64,000 nt of DNA from Raillietiella orientalis (GCA_036172245.1 JAYWIR010000013.1:3348001-3412000), one strand, 5' to 3'. Positions 25,801-39,099 are shown, counted from the first letter of the stretch. Program-made: numbers and translations. The notes: generated from the letters alone by a model not told the origin.

Positions 25801-28149
25801 ACTCTCGCTCGAGAGTGCGAGCTCATCCGCCCTGTGCTTGCGTCGCCGACAGGAGCTTTCCGGCAGCAGCTGAAAACTGCCGGGGACTTCGAGCCAGCTG
25901 AGAAGAGACCGTGACTACGCATCCCAGGGTCAACCTGATCCAGAAATCTAGGGGACGCGTCCACTTCCGGAAGCTCGGCAGGCGAGCGGCTGCCAGGTGA
26001 CTAAGAAGATACAGTTGGTCCGTGCGGGAGGGCAGAGGCGAAAAGGAAGGGGAGGGGAGGGTCTCACACAGCTAAGCTTCTGTACCCCGTTGATAGCAGC
26101 AACTGCCGACGACGAATGCACTGCAGCTCGAAAGCATCCCCATCCTCCTAGGCGAGCAGAGTCTCACGAGACGAAACGAGACGAGGCAAATCAACTCCCG
26201 CAAGAGGAGGAGGAGGGAGAACGACAGAACGTGCGTTCTGGAACTCCCGTTTGGGCGTTGCAGCAGCGTTCCACGGTGCGCGCTTCCTGTCGTATCCATG
26301 CTCGGATTCCCTGCCCCGAGAGCTGCTGGTCAACATCTCCCAAGCGGTCTCCCTTTTGATGGCGTTCTCGAAAAAATGCCCAGGGAGAGTATTCTCTTGG
26401 TGGCAGGGAGCTGGTCTCCTCTAGGAGGCAGCGGCGGGCTGTCGCCCAGCAACTCGCCTAAGTGGTATCTCGAAAGAGGACTCGTCTGGAGGCGAGTAAA
26501 AGGAGAGCGGCTGCTTCCCACCCGCCCCCATCCGCAGCGATCTCGGACTGACTTCATAATTCCAAGTTCCCGATTATTTCTGATCCGAAAATTCGGAAGG
26601 GAAAAATAATCCCGGAGAGATTCCCTGCCGCAAGCAGCCAGCTGCATCCACGCATCCGAATCTGCGATACTCCCCCAAAGCTCAAAGCTTCGCCATCCCA
26701 CAGCTGTGAGCTTTTTCTCAGCGGGAGAGGAAGGACGTCGCAGCTATATCCCCTTATCTGCGTTCTTGCAGGTACGAGACCATAGGGGTTTCGAGGTCAG
26801 CAGCAGCAGCGTGACGAGTCTTGAGCCCAATCCACAAGCTCTCGAGACGAGTGGCGTAGTATCCATGACGACCGCGAAACGTGGCGTGCAACAAGGAACC
26901 TCTTACTTTGTCACGCCTCCTTTGAAAATAAACACGAAAGAGATAGAGGTGCAAAATTGAGGACCGCGTGATTCCCAGTTGATTCCTGCCTGCTCGAGAG
27001 GTAAACCCAGCACCAACACGTCGGTGAGATACAAGCGTGCACCGCACTCTTAAAGAGGGAACAGCAAATAAAAGAGATAAACGGGATTTCTGAGTAAGAG
27101 ATCCTATTTATGTAAGGCGTTTTTCCCAACTTCCGCTTCAGCCACTCTCCCCCCCCCCCCCGAAATAGGGACGCTACGACGACTAGGGTCTCTCCGCGAC
27201 AATGCCTGTTTCGCTTCGCCGACAGAGCTTGCGAACCGCAGCTGAACCGGAGTCCACCCCGGGTGAACCAGAATTCCTGCTTCCTCATCCGGGTGGCACA
27301 GGATCCTCCCGGACGAAGCCTACAAACGCGTGCGGGAACGATTCCGTTTACTTCCTCCACCCCACCTTGCTCGGTCCTCCCTCTGATTCGAGCGGTCCCT
27401 ACGCTCGTTGCACGGGAAACACCAGTGCAGGAAGAGCACCCTTTAAGTATGACGCGAGCACCGACAGTTCCCGGGAGAGTAAACTGAAAGCTCCTCCTCC
27501 CACCGGCGGAGTCCTTGGCTGCGGGCGCAGGGAGTCGCTGCGTCCGAAATGGATCCACCAATCAACCGCCCATGGCGTTTCGTCGATCTTCCAATTGTGC
27601 AGGATAATAAGTCAATGGATCAGGGACAGGAGGGATGAAACGAACAAGGGACCGCACCGCGTCCACGCGGATGCTCCCCTCGTCCGCCGCGGCAGCTGCA
27701 CAGCGCCGGCACCGGAAGCGTCAGCGCTGGCTCCTCCGGCTGCTTCCCCAGCAAGCATGGCCGCGTGTGTCTTCGCGCTTGTGGTCGTCCCGTTGCATCG
27801 ATGCACGCGCACGCTCGCCCCGCATTCGTGCAAATCGCGGGTGCGCACCTATGTGGGACGGACGCCCCGCAGCGGCGGCTGCCGTCCCAAGTTGGCACGC
27901 CTGCACATTCAGATCCCTTGGGCTTTGCCTCGTTTTTGTCGGTGCCATTTCTTCCGGAGTCTCACCAGCTCAGCCGCTGCCGAAAGGCACGAATCGGACG
28001 AGGCTCGTCCCCTGGGCAACTTCGTGCAGCGCCGTGTGGCTGGAACCGCACTCGTCACGAAATGGGTCGCATGGAGGGGAGGGCAATGTTGCGAAAGTGG
28101 CTCCCGAGCGCCGGTTCCTCCCCTCCGATCCAGACGGCTTTTGCAAGTG

Positions 28150-29370
28150 CAGATTGAGAAAGAAATTCACCTTGGAGTCGAATGCGTGGCTCGAAAAGGC
28201 GCCCGGCAGCAACCACGTCTCGTATAACTGGCGACCCACAGCAACCAATGTTGTGCAATATTTTTTCTTCGATAAAAAGGAGGTCTCCCTCACCTGAGGC
28301 GAAATCGATACATAAGCGGTATCCGTGTGGTCGAGAATTTCCAGACTTGACGCTGGGCTCGGCAAAAGAAAAAAGACGCATGCAGTGGCAAACCTTCTGC
28401 TCCGCTGACCACGGCCAGCTGAAGAACCACTCCTGAAATTCCCCCATTTTGGAAACCAGACCTCTCTGGAATGCTCAGCAAGCAGCAGCAGCGGACGAAG
28501 GTTTTTGTTCCATAAAGTAGCAGCGGCGCTCTCATAGTCACAAAGTGTTCACCGGGCGGAGCACAATCGTCCTTTCGCAAGGGCGTCAAAACGTGGAACA
28601 TTCGAACCTTCCGTGATTGCATCTCCGTTCACTCTTGCGTCGCGTAGCGAAGGGAGACCTGCCCCCCCGAAACCCGCGCCACTCTGGATGCCGAAATCCA
28701 GATCGGCTGAGATCATTTCCGCTCCTGCGGAACGAAGCGCGTGCAACGAGGAACAGTGGTCACCTCGGAGACGCATCCAGCGGCCTGCTGAATGTGCTTC
28801 ACTTGTGCTCGCGGTGTACTGCCGTGCGAGACGCAAGTCCACATCGGTGTCACACTTCGTGCCATTCGGAATTGGCATCCGCAAAGCATCACGGCGAAGC
28901 TGAGCGCTTACACTTTTTCCCTTTTTCCAGTTGGAGGAGGGAAGGAGTCCGGTAGGTAGTCGCGCATCGTTCAGCAAGTACGCAAAACTGCTGCGTTTCT
29001 GAAAACAGCGCGGACGAATGGATGAAGAAGCACGAAAACAGGAAACGGGATCTTTGGGCGACGGATAAGGCCTCCATACGGAAGGATGCCCCCTACGCTG
29101 GGACGCCGGTTGCCCCCCGTTGTCTGGCAACGTGCTCATCGTGGGAAGCTGCTGCTTCACGAGGAACCGCGAGGGAGCGGAAGAGCAGCATTCGGGAAAG
29201 ACCAGGAGCAACCATTTCACGATTCAGACCGGCACATGTGATGTAGAGGACGCACGCGAAAGAGGACCAGCATTCGTTGCCAGGGGAAGAAAGGCAAAGT
29301 GCCGAAAACAACACAGGCCGCACACACGGCATAAGGATGAGCACGAACTGGGATCGTTCCCTAGAAACGC
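28150..29370 (+). mobile_element. Possible decayed LINE fragments (RT-like then endonuclease-like)
   Basis: ITGDPQQPMLCNIFSSI (cf. VTSGVPQGSVLGPLLF) near 28220; TWNIRTF at ~28590 (cf. APE N-terminal TWNVRTL); NVLIVGS near 29130 (cf. IVIVMGDFN). Many stops. Confidence 0.3.
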
Positions 29371-29604
29371 ATCAGCAGAGTAGAAACAGAAAGCGAACCC
29401 GGAAAGGCAAACGGGACACCGGACTGACAGGAGAAGAAGAAGAAAGAAAAAAAAACATTCCTGGCAGAACACCCCGACGTAAGACAAAACTTCGCGTAAG
29501 AGCGAGAGCGCCGCACCCTCAATCCCCGGGTAAATGACGAAATTACGAACACTTTCAATGGAAACGGATCGCGCCCACTCATTGATGGAGAGAAAAATCG
29601 ATTC

Positions 29605-32600
29605 TCAAAATTTATTATTTGCCACTATCCTTCGTTGCAGTTTGACGCTATCGTCGAATGACTTCACCATCAACTGCGTGACCAATCCAATGTTCCACTC
29701 GTTGTACGACTCGTCTTGCAAAATGCAGTCGATAGTGACCACGTGCAGGCCCGGAGTGGGGAAGTGCAGAAGGAACTGGACCGTAAAAAAATCGTTGTGT
29801 GGTTTCACGGAATGGCTCATTTGTTTTTCCTCAGGCAAATCCTACAAAAAAGAGGTTTCGGTGCCGAAATCAATCCGCTGGTCACCTTTTGCAGGGCAGT
29901 AGGCTGATTCTTGCGATGCAGCTGAGTAAACGCTGAAATGACGACACTTTGCACTCGACGGTAGAAACCCGGCTTCTTGCCATGCTGGATGATGCCTTCG
30001 ATCTTGATGGCAAGATAGACACTGGAAGCTACACTAATGGGCTCTCCAGCCACCCTGGACTGGGGACTGATGGCGAGCTGCAAAGGTGTTTTCCAGCATT
30101 ATTCTAGAAGCGAATTACACACTTTGATGCTGGTTGACTGCAGCATTTGGAAAAAGAAACGGGGAAACACCACTGGCGTGATGACCATCTTATGGATGAG
30201 AAACGTTAGGTGTTTAATTTGCTTATAAATGGGCAAAGGAGTTTGCATAAGATTTTTGACTTCATTCCACGACTGTTTGCAAACATCCAGGAGAGGGATG
30301 CCTTCCAATTCACCGAAATCAATGGAATCCAAGCAGCTACCAAGTCGCTAATAGAAATCAACTTAAGGATGAAATTTTCTATTCACCTGGGATGATGGGG
30401 AGAATCTAATCTCTTCTGCAGGTCCACAAACTCGGATAAAAACCGACAAATGTGAATGTGACTGGTTAAAAAGACAAATCAGGAAAACAAAAAAAATGTT
30501 CGCCAGTTGTGTTTTGCAAACAAAAACAACTGGTTTGCGACTGTATTTGCAACTACAAAACAAGGATACAAGGTAAGCAGTTTGAGAGTTTTGGGATCGG
30601 CATCAAAGGCAGACTTGTATAGCTGGCTATAGCCATCAGCAACATCAGCAAACTGCTTGCTACATTTGGCCATCTGATGTCAACAAATAAAAACTTGGGA
30701 TGCATATTGTAGCTGACCTGTTGCATTAGACGTCCATAGCGCTGCAGATTTTCTGGTTTGGATATGTTAATGTTGGCAATGGCTGGAGGAGGTGTGGTAT
30801 GCAAACTACAGGCGTAGTAAATAAGTTGAAGAAATGCCATCAACATTTGTGACCTCAAATGGGAAAATTTGCACTGAAAATTCAGTGATGATGCTGGAGT
30901 CCCTGCAGCCTGGAGACGATAATGGCAATTAAGGTGGCATTCAAAAATTGCATTTACTTTAAGAGCTGAAATGCCTTTCATATAGCTGTTGATGGCTTTG
31001 GTGAGATGTTCGCTGAGTTGCTGATCTGACTGGATCTCTACATTCAAATCAGCTTCAGCTTCTGCAAACGAATGCAACCCAATCAACCAAAAATGAAAAT
31101 GCTCAGAAGACACATGATTGATTAGTACTTTCAGAATTCTAGCTGCAATGGCATGATGCCCAAATCTAATAAATAAGCATAACAAGATTCTCATAGAACG
31201 GATGAACCAACCTGAGTGCTTGACGGGCCATTGTATACCTATGCCAAAAGCTCATGGTAGCAAGAGCAGCATCATTCACCTCATTGATTTCAGGCATCAC
31301 ACAGCTTGGAGGCAAAGCTTGATAGAGCAATGTACATAATTTGGTCTGGAAAACTGATTGTCATCAGCAAATTAAAGTATCATTGTAATACCAGAAGAAT
31401 GCTATCTTCTTTGGAATTAATAGGCTTTTCATAGACCAAAGTTCTGATGCCAATAACAATATCAGGAACTAGGGCAGATAAATTATTGTGCTGTGACAGG
31501 GCAGAAAGCGTATCACAGAACAAAAGTGAACGTGGACCTGACAAAAAAAATAGATGCATATTACGATGTTCAACCATACCTTGAACCACATTCAAAAGAC
31601 TTCCCAGAGTTTCAATTACAGCAGTGTGAATGTTTTTCCAGGTCTGACATAAAGACACTATGCACACCAAAGCTTTTTTGAGAAGATGATTGGATTTAAC
31701 ACTTGGTTCATCACTCACAAGAGCAAATACATGTGCCTCAATAGCCACAACACACTGATGTACCAGTTCAGGATAAAAATCCATCTGAGACCCTTGCACA
31801 GACTGGACTCTAAATGAAATACAGATTAATTGCAGATTCTGCAAACGCACTCCATTTAAAACACATAAAGAACATCAGCACACATAATCCTGGAAAATCA
31901 TCATTCTTACTCAATGATTATTTTGCACTTTGTTTCACAATACATCTCCAAAGAACAAAAGAAATCTGCACTAACAAAAAAGGATAATCTTGTGCAATTA
32001 TTAACCCATCAGAAGCTTCTGGTAATGACTGCAAACAATGAAGAGGCTTTCAACTCCAATATAGTCAAGTGTTTCGAGAAATCAAGTGTTTCACATAACA
32101 TAATCATGGGAAATAGCAGTAACAATACAGATTTTAAAGAAAGCACATAGATCACGGACACATTTGATGTAACACTGGTAAAACAATACACCTAAATGCA
32201 ACATACAACCTGCTCAACCATTGGAAAGGCAACAAAATATTTGAAGCATTATTTTTATGTGAACATAATCACCATCTAATCTACAAATGAAAAAGAAAAT
32301 ATAAAAAATTAATTGGAATGAACAAAATGAATGCTGTGCTTATTTCTTACATGCCACTAGAAATTTTAAGCATTAATTACACTCTATTTATTTTTAAATG
32401 CACGCGTAATATCTACAAATAACTGTGACTGCTAATAATTAAATGTAGTGCTGCCTGGTGCAATTAATTTCCAGTAAAACACCAGCCTACATACTGAATG
32501 AAACAATTGAACAGTTGCAAGTTCTTTAAGAAGGGCTTGTTCATGTTGCAGAACTTTAGTTGAATATACTTTCTCACTAGACCATCATTTCAGCAACAAA

Positions 32601-34535
32601 AAGAATCATACATCCAAGTCAACAATCACTGAAATAGGGCTTACTAAGCAACTGGTTCACAGAGACAAAGTTTTGGAATTACATAAAGGAAAAGGCTGCA
32701 AAATTATGTGAAAAAGGTTAGAAGCTTTTAAGTCCTGGTGAGAGCATTCTAATTATCCACTGATGACATATAAAAAATTTGATTGCTTACTTGCAAATTT
32801 GGCAATCATAAGAAGTGAACATTTAAAAACATGTGACACAACAAAAGGACAATATTACTAAGTATGAACTACTATGATCACCTGTAGATGCAAATAGCAG
32901 TTAGCAGCTGGACTGCCCTTATGGACACATCCTTGTTCTTATGACTGCAGAGACACTGGATCACAGGGACAACTTCAATTGCTCTCTGAACATCAATCCT
33001 TCAAAATCAGAAACCTACTCACTCTCACTCAAAGTGAATTCTGTAATCAATGTACATTTGGTAAGCTGCAAGAGCACATCCAAGGCTCTACATTTAAGCT
33101 GAATATATGTAGCAGCACTCATGAATTGAAAAATGGCCTCAATGTTAGCTTGACTCCATAAATGAGGTGTATGGCATGATAAAAAGTGAAGATCCTTTAA
33201 AGCATGCTGTTTAACAGCCAATCGAGGATCGGATTCCAAGTGTTGCAACAGAAGAATCACCTTTACCACAATAAAATGAAATAACGATAGCCATTCCCTT
33301 CTACCTGTTCAGGCACACTGATTAAAGTGCTTTCAGCAAGTTTTGTCAAGGCATTCAAGATTCGAATGACAAACTCCTTGGATGGATACCTAGGAAGCAA
33401 AGTGACCAGAAGACTCTGAACCTTGAGAAAACATGTAGGAATTCAGAATCATTGCAAAGTGCAAAATACATGAACACATCGAAACATCTTTAAACTTATT
33501 TGAAGCTTATTATTGATAAAATCAAATAATTCATTCTCAAACATTTTTTCTCATTAGAGGCACTTTAATTCACTCTGACAAAAGATACGAAATTAGTACA
33601 TGAATTTCACACAGAACCCTTAAAGAAAAGAACATCTGCACAAATTACCTTTAAAGCTATTGAAGTATCATGATGCATGTGCTGTAAAACAGGAAGCAGG
33701 CTCAACTTAATTTCAACTGGATAGGCAAGACTCGAAATCATTTCAGCTATTTTTTCACAAATGTTGGCAGCAAAATTTCTAAAACACAGATGTGCTACTT
33801 ATACAAATGCAAAACAAAACAAAAAAACATGAATTAGAAAAGCACAATACCATACCTTGAATGTGAAGCAAACTTGCAGGATGCATAAATTGCTGCTCTT
33901 AATTCTACATCATCGTGAGAATCAAGTGCATCTCTAATACTATGATGAACTTGCTTTTTCTCAGGAATTACTTTGGCAATGCTTGCCAACACCCTTAATG
34001 TAAGAGCTCTAGCAAGCTAAATTATCATTAAATTCTAGTTTAGACCATATGATGACTTACAGGATCATTAGAATGAATCACGGAATACAGTTTTCTTAGA
34101 AGCTCCTCGATATTAAGGATTTTATCCAGATGCTTATCAGCTTGGTCAAAAACACCCAAAACGCACAATCGTAGAAAATTTGAACTACAAATTCATGAAA
34201 ATTCGCTCTTAGCATGAATAACCTAGCATTAGTATAATTGCAACTACACTAGCTTTGTTTCGTAGACGTTTCTACTTTCCTAAATTAATACTGTGCTTAC
34301 CCGATTCTAAAAACATCTGCTAATTTTAACAGGGCTGAATTAATAAGAATTGGGAAAGGGTACTTCTCAAAAAGTTTCGGAAAGCGCACTATCGCTTCAC
34401 ATTGTTCACCACTTTTATTACTCCTCAAGCCTTTAGAGAAATGGATTCAGTGAACAATCAACAATGCATATATATTTTACCTCTGTCTAATTCGGTTAAT
34501 GCTGTGTTCGCATCTTGTTCGGCTTCACCAAACAT
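29605..34535 (-). CDS. IntS7: Integrator complex subunit 7, ~925 aa, 18 coding exons
   Basis: Exons (minus): 34535-34481, 34430-34301, 34184-34061, 34016-33856, 33778-33649, 33421-33305, 33260-33023, 32972-32882, 31809-31580, 31537-31392, 31345-31212, 31165-30958, 30909-30718, 30673-30570, 30461-30387, 30336-30123, 30077-29886, 29841-29605. Total 2778 nt, phase-consistent. The N-terminus EQDANTALTELDRGLRSNKSGEQCEAIVRFPKLFEKYPFPILINSALLKLADVFR, plus IHSNDPLARALTLR, VSSEHFHFWL, LYKSAFDAD, PRFFFQ.LQSTSIKLAISPQ and VKPHNDFFTVQFLL, are INTS7 hallmarks. The exon 7/8 and 14-16 junctions are the least certain. Confidence 0.93.
30462..30569 (-). other. Probable U12-type (minor spliceosome) GT-AG intron in IntS7
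   Basis: Donor TT|GTATCCTTG matches the U12 5' splice-site consensus RTATCCTT. Branch-like TTTTCCTGAT has its A 17 nt upstream of the exon. The intron is 108 nt against 42-50 nt neighbours, and splicing here preserves the frame. Confidence 0.75.
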
Positions 34536-37500
34536 CGTTACAACACGTTACATAATGGGGAACTTCCACAGAAAGTTTCAGAAAAGATGGATTTTCTATT
34601 AAATTCAATAGCTTTTACACACATGAACGTAATAAAAGGGTATACCTTCGATGCGGCTAACCATGCTTACAAAAACACGCAAGATAGCCAGATGTTCATA
34701 ACATTCAGGATTTATAGAATAATTACCGGAAATTACAGGAAAAAAATTTAGGGAATTGCGACATACTTTCAATAATCCATGCTCTTACTCTTCTCCCCAA
34801 ATTTTTCTTATGTAAAGAGAATTTTTCTGATTAATTTTTTTGATGGAAATCATAGCTGACCAAATTTATGATAAATGTTATTTGTTATTTACCAATTCTC
34901 TTTCACTACATACTGTATTTATTTTTGATACAAATAATAAGCATGCAAGATAAATAGAAAATGGAGATCTTGTTTTCTAGATTTTCATACTGGAGATATT
35001 TTTATGAAACTGAAACAAAATCCTGTAAAAATCTCCGTCCTGAAATCTGAAAAGCATTTTCAGGTCTGTTTCTTGCCTATCTCATAAAAAAATACAATCG
35101 ATATATCACTTAGATATTAAATTATAACCTAAGATATGTGAAGTATAATAGCATGTGTCGAATAATAGCCATCTTTATCCCCTGATTATCTATACATTAT
35201 GCAACTTCGGAATAGTACAACCAAACTTGAATGCTGCGAAATAAGTAATTTTTTGGTTGATTCTAAAATCATTTATTAAAACAATCAAGAGGTTAAAGAC
35301 AACTTTATTTATCTGAAAAAGGGTGCTATTCTCTACAGAGCACAAAAAGCGTGAAACGCGGAAGACGAACAAATGTCATAATGTGAAAACCACTCTGATT
35401 GACCTGATGGTTCAATAGATTTACGGTAGTTCCTATAATGAGTCCATTTTCAAATTTTGATAGAAAATCAAATCTTATTTAAAGTCTAAAAAATTTAAAT
35501 TATGGTTTAGTTGGAATTGACTGAATTACACTTGGCATGAAAATTCTTCGCTAAAAAAAAAAATAAAGAAGAAATATTTGAAAAGAATGGAAATGGAAAA
35601 GAATATATGGAAAAGAATTCAAGATACAGGAAAAGCTTCAAATACTATTCTTGGAATGAGGAAGTGACGAGCTTCATATCGAAGACAGCTTATTCGTTCA
35701 CATTCGTTAGCTATCATTAAACCACTAAACAGCATTAGAAAAGAGGAATCATGTTGTACTTAGTACCAAATGACCTTAATGATTTCATAGGAAGTACCTG
35801 TATTTCAAAAGCATATAAATTAACCAGTAACTTTTAAAATCCCAAGGCAACTTTGATTTCATACTGAATTTAGTATAGGGTTTCAGAGAATCAATAAAAC
35901 AAATATTTAATTGCAATAATCTCCTTTCTAAATTGAATTAAATGATACTGAAACCGAAACCAATAAAACAAACCCAACGTTGATAATGAATTTGTAAATG
36001 CGACCTAACTATTAGAAGTAGCATTGAGGAATCAGCTTCTGTTACTCTTGCGTTGGCGGCTGAAAGATAAGCCAATCATATCAGCAAAACGCAGAGTTTA
36101 GAAAAATGAATGATTCTGAGTAACGAAATTTGTGAGTTTCGCTTTTAAAGGTAAATACAAGTATCTGTATGAACATGCTTAGTTCAATACATGATATTTC
36201 AACATAGAACATTCCAAGGTTCCAAAGCAGAGATTAAATCATCAATTTGTTTTTTTTTACACTTACAAAAGTAAGAAACATCCGAGGCAAGAGGTAGACA
36301 GGAAGGAAGAAATTTTAAGAAATTACTCTAAGCGAGTACCAACTTCCAAATATGTACTCTAAATCAGGATAGCAAACTCACAAAGTTGTCAAAAAGGTAT
36401 TTGGAAATCAAAAGACAAAACTCAAGCCAGAGAGGCATTAATTGGACAAGAATTAAAGGATCCGAAAAAAACACTTTAAATAGGACGAGATGAGTGGATT
36501 GAAAAATGGGTTGAATATGTGTTTCCAATTCGGAAATCATCATCATCTCTGACAACTCGAACGCACTATAATGTTTACTGGATTTCCCATCCACGGAGGA
36601 ATGGGAACTTCAAAAGGCACAATTGGTATTACAAAGTAGTTAAGAATTTTAAAGCTAGGGAATGATACATTGCGTACCGATGCATCTAATTTTGTAATGA
36701 TCAAGTACGATGTACGTGTGATAAAGATGCATAACCAGACATAAGTAAACTATGTATGCCCAGCATAGCTCAAGCATATCTATGAAACAAATTGAAAATA
36801 TTTCATTTATAGAGTTCACATGGAATGCACTTCAGGCTGAGTATATTTGCTCTGTCAGTTTTAGTTAGAAAATGAATTGCAGAAAGAAGCTGACGAACAT
36901 TCCGTCCAATTTATTTAGATATTGATCATTTGAAAACAGATGTGATTTCGTTTTCTTATGATTAGGCATAAAGGAAATCAATTGCGCCATGCATTTGGGG
37001 TCCTTTGCAGCTACATTTTTATCAACAAGAACTATCAAAGGTCAAAATGTTGATAACTATACTTATATTTACGGCGACCTTTCTTGTATTCCCTTTTTTC
37101 CCATGATTTCCCATTAGTTTGTACCCACCGCCAAACAAACAAATGTTCACAGGTGAAGTGATTGCCACTTCCGTTTGCCTAATAAATCATTTAAATCAGT
37201 TGGAGAAATCACCCCTCGATAAATGAGTACTCTCTTTTCTATTTTATTTCATATGGACACTGTGCAGGCATTCTACAAGAAATATGTTGTTTGCCGAGAG
37301 CGTCTGCAAACGTGTATGTACTGCCAACAACGAACAACTTTCTGTACACAGAATCCAGAATTTTGACACAGAACAAATCCGTTGGTTTCAAAAGAATGCC
37401 GAGGGCAAATGAAGCTGAATTTTGCAGTTTGTCATTGCAATTTCACATTATGCTGACGTCTGAAAGAGAAGTCCAGACGACACCTTTTCGGAGTGGATAG

Positions 37501-37551
37501 GAGTGTGGCTGCAGGATAGGGCCGACGTCCGTTGCATCCGAGGGATCCAAA

Positions 37552-38404
37552 ATGTTTCCTGCACGTGGATGGCTAAAATCTGTACGTTCGACTATGTTCC
37601 TCACCAAGAGGAATTCATCGCAGTATGTTGCACACCAATTTTCAGTATCTAGTCATTGCTGTTTATTAATGAGCAAGATTTTGGTACGTGTACGGCGAAA
37701 TTCCCCACGCTTAACCATAATGGTTATTCACTACACGTGCCAATGTTTTGCAGATTGAGAATTGTGTTTTATGGCGGAATCAAAGTACAGGGCTGTTCGT
37801 TTCAGATTTTTCTACAGAGCACGGGCAGTGCCAACTAAAAAAGATTTGATACTTGCTAATATCTGTGGAGGGTTCTTGTGGTGGTGGATTCTCTATCACC
37901 TGTACTATGATTATGAGCAGTTACTTGTGAGTAAAAGTTTTTTAACAGTTTAGAATTTGCTGATATATAATGGTCATCTCATTTATGGAAAAATCTGATT
38001 ATGAAAACTGACTTATGTGTGAAGATTGCATTTCATCATTTGTTGTGTTCAAAAATTTGGAATAGATATGTGTACACAAATACAAGTTCCTTGAAAAAAA
38101 AGCAAACCTTTATTTGCATAAGCGTTTTTGAATTAACAGTCAAATGTGAAATAGGAAACACTCTGTGAATGCAAAAATTCTGAATAAAACATCCGAGTTC
38201 ACATGTGTTGCAGTAACTGATAAAAAAGAAAGTGTTCTATGATTTGGGTTGAAGCTTTGCAGTAAATACTACTTTCACATGTTCCAGAATCACCTTCCAT
38301 ATCCAGATCCAAGAAAATGGACAGATGAGGAACTTGGAGTTCCAGAGACAGAAGAAATGATTCGGATTCTTCAGCAGAATTCAAGGCATGAGATCTCTGA
38401 ATAG
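37552..38404 (+). CDS. NDUFB2: NADH dehydrogenase (complex I) 1 beta subcomplex subunit 2 (AGGG), ~102 aa, 3 exons
   Basis: Exons 37552-37622, 37806-37926, 38288-38404 (GT-AG, 309 nt). Basic mitochondrial presequence MFPARGWLKSVRSTMFLTKRNSS, then FYRAR..GGFLWWWILYHLYYDYEQLL-NHLPYPDPRKWTDEELGVP, the NDUFB2 signature. Confidence 0.92.
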
Positions 38405-38508
38405 CATGGATGCAATGGCGTGAACCGTCAATGATCTAAGTTACAAGAGAAATTCCCCTTCTTTAAGTACATACTTCTTATTGATAATGCTTACAATCAA
38501 GTATTAAT

Positions 38509-39099
38509 CTAGTTTGTTTCGGATCTGTACAATATGAGGATACTTTGGTAGTTGCAATAATAAAGGCAAGCAGCTGGAAACATTTAAGTATTTGTTAGAT
38601 ATCTATATAAAGTCATTAGGAGAACAAATTTCAAGATTTAGATACATTAGCAACGGAAAAATTCCATATTTAAGAACACAACCTGTCCTTTGCACAACAT
38701 ATAAAAGTTGCAAAATGGTACTCCACTGGACAGGAACTAGTTTGTTCCACTTTTGTATGAGTTGAGATTGAAGCACAATGGTTAGGATGAAATATGTAAG
38801 ACCAAGTAGCAAAATAAATTTGCATGGATTTGAGTGTTTTCCAAGTGCACTTTCATTTAGAAATGTTCTAAACATGGATACTAAAATAATGATGATACTA
38901 AACAAGAGGGCGATATCCTGAAATCTAAAATAATTTCCCATTATTGAGGTGATGCTAATCTTTCAGTGAAGTGAGGTACATACATGAATGTTGTTAGAAG
39001 CATTATGTGGTCTTGTGCAATGATTTCTCCAAAACTGTTGAATATCAAATCCAAAATGATAAATGCATTTTGCATTATTGCAGTTACTTTTATTTTCAT
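38509..39099 (-). CDS. TMEM138: Transmembrane protein 138 (ciliary membrane protein) homolog, ~140 aa, 3 exons
   Basis: Exons (minus) 39099-38984, 38924-38683, 38573-38509 (423 nt): MKIKVTAIMQNAFIILDLIFNSFGEII..LTTFIFQDIALLFSIIIILVSMFRTF..GLTYFILTIVL..QWSTILQLLYVVQRTAACLYYCNY. This aligns by eye with human TMEM138 (YDLFVNSFSEL..LFIIQDIAVLFNIII..WTDGLQMLFVFQRLAAVLY). Confidence 0.82.

Noticed and set aside
16500..28000. Long ORFs upstream of sim (e.g. 18895-19923, 20382-21350, 27202-28227)
   Set aside because: No recognisable domains or consistent exon chain; treated as regulatory or intergenic DNA with TE debris.
30349..30369. TCCTTAAG U12-branch-like motif before tattag, suggesting one long U12 intron 30569-30349
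   Set aside because: That junction shifts the frame into a stop; the 75-nt exon 30461-30387 restores the frame and the homology.
31875..31904. C/D-box-like ATGATGA...CTGA in the long IntS7 intron
   Set aside because: The boxes are only ~20 nt apart with no terminal stem; too short for a snoRNA.
34646..34664. Possible upstream IntS7 micro-exon MVSRIE(G)|gtatac
   Set aside because: An in-frame TAA precedes the ATG at 34535, and no acceptor joins the micro-exon to the conserved frame.
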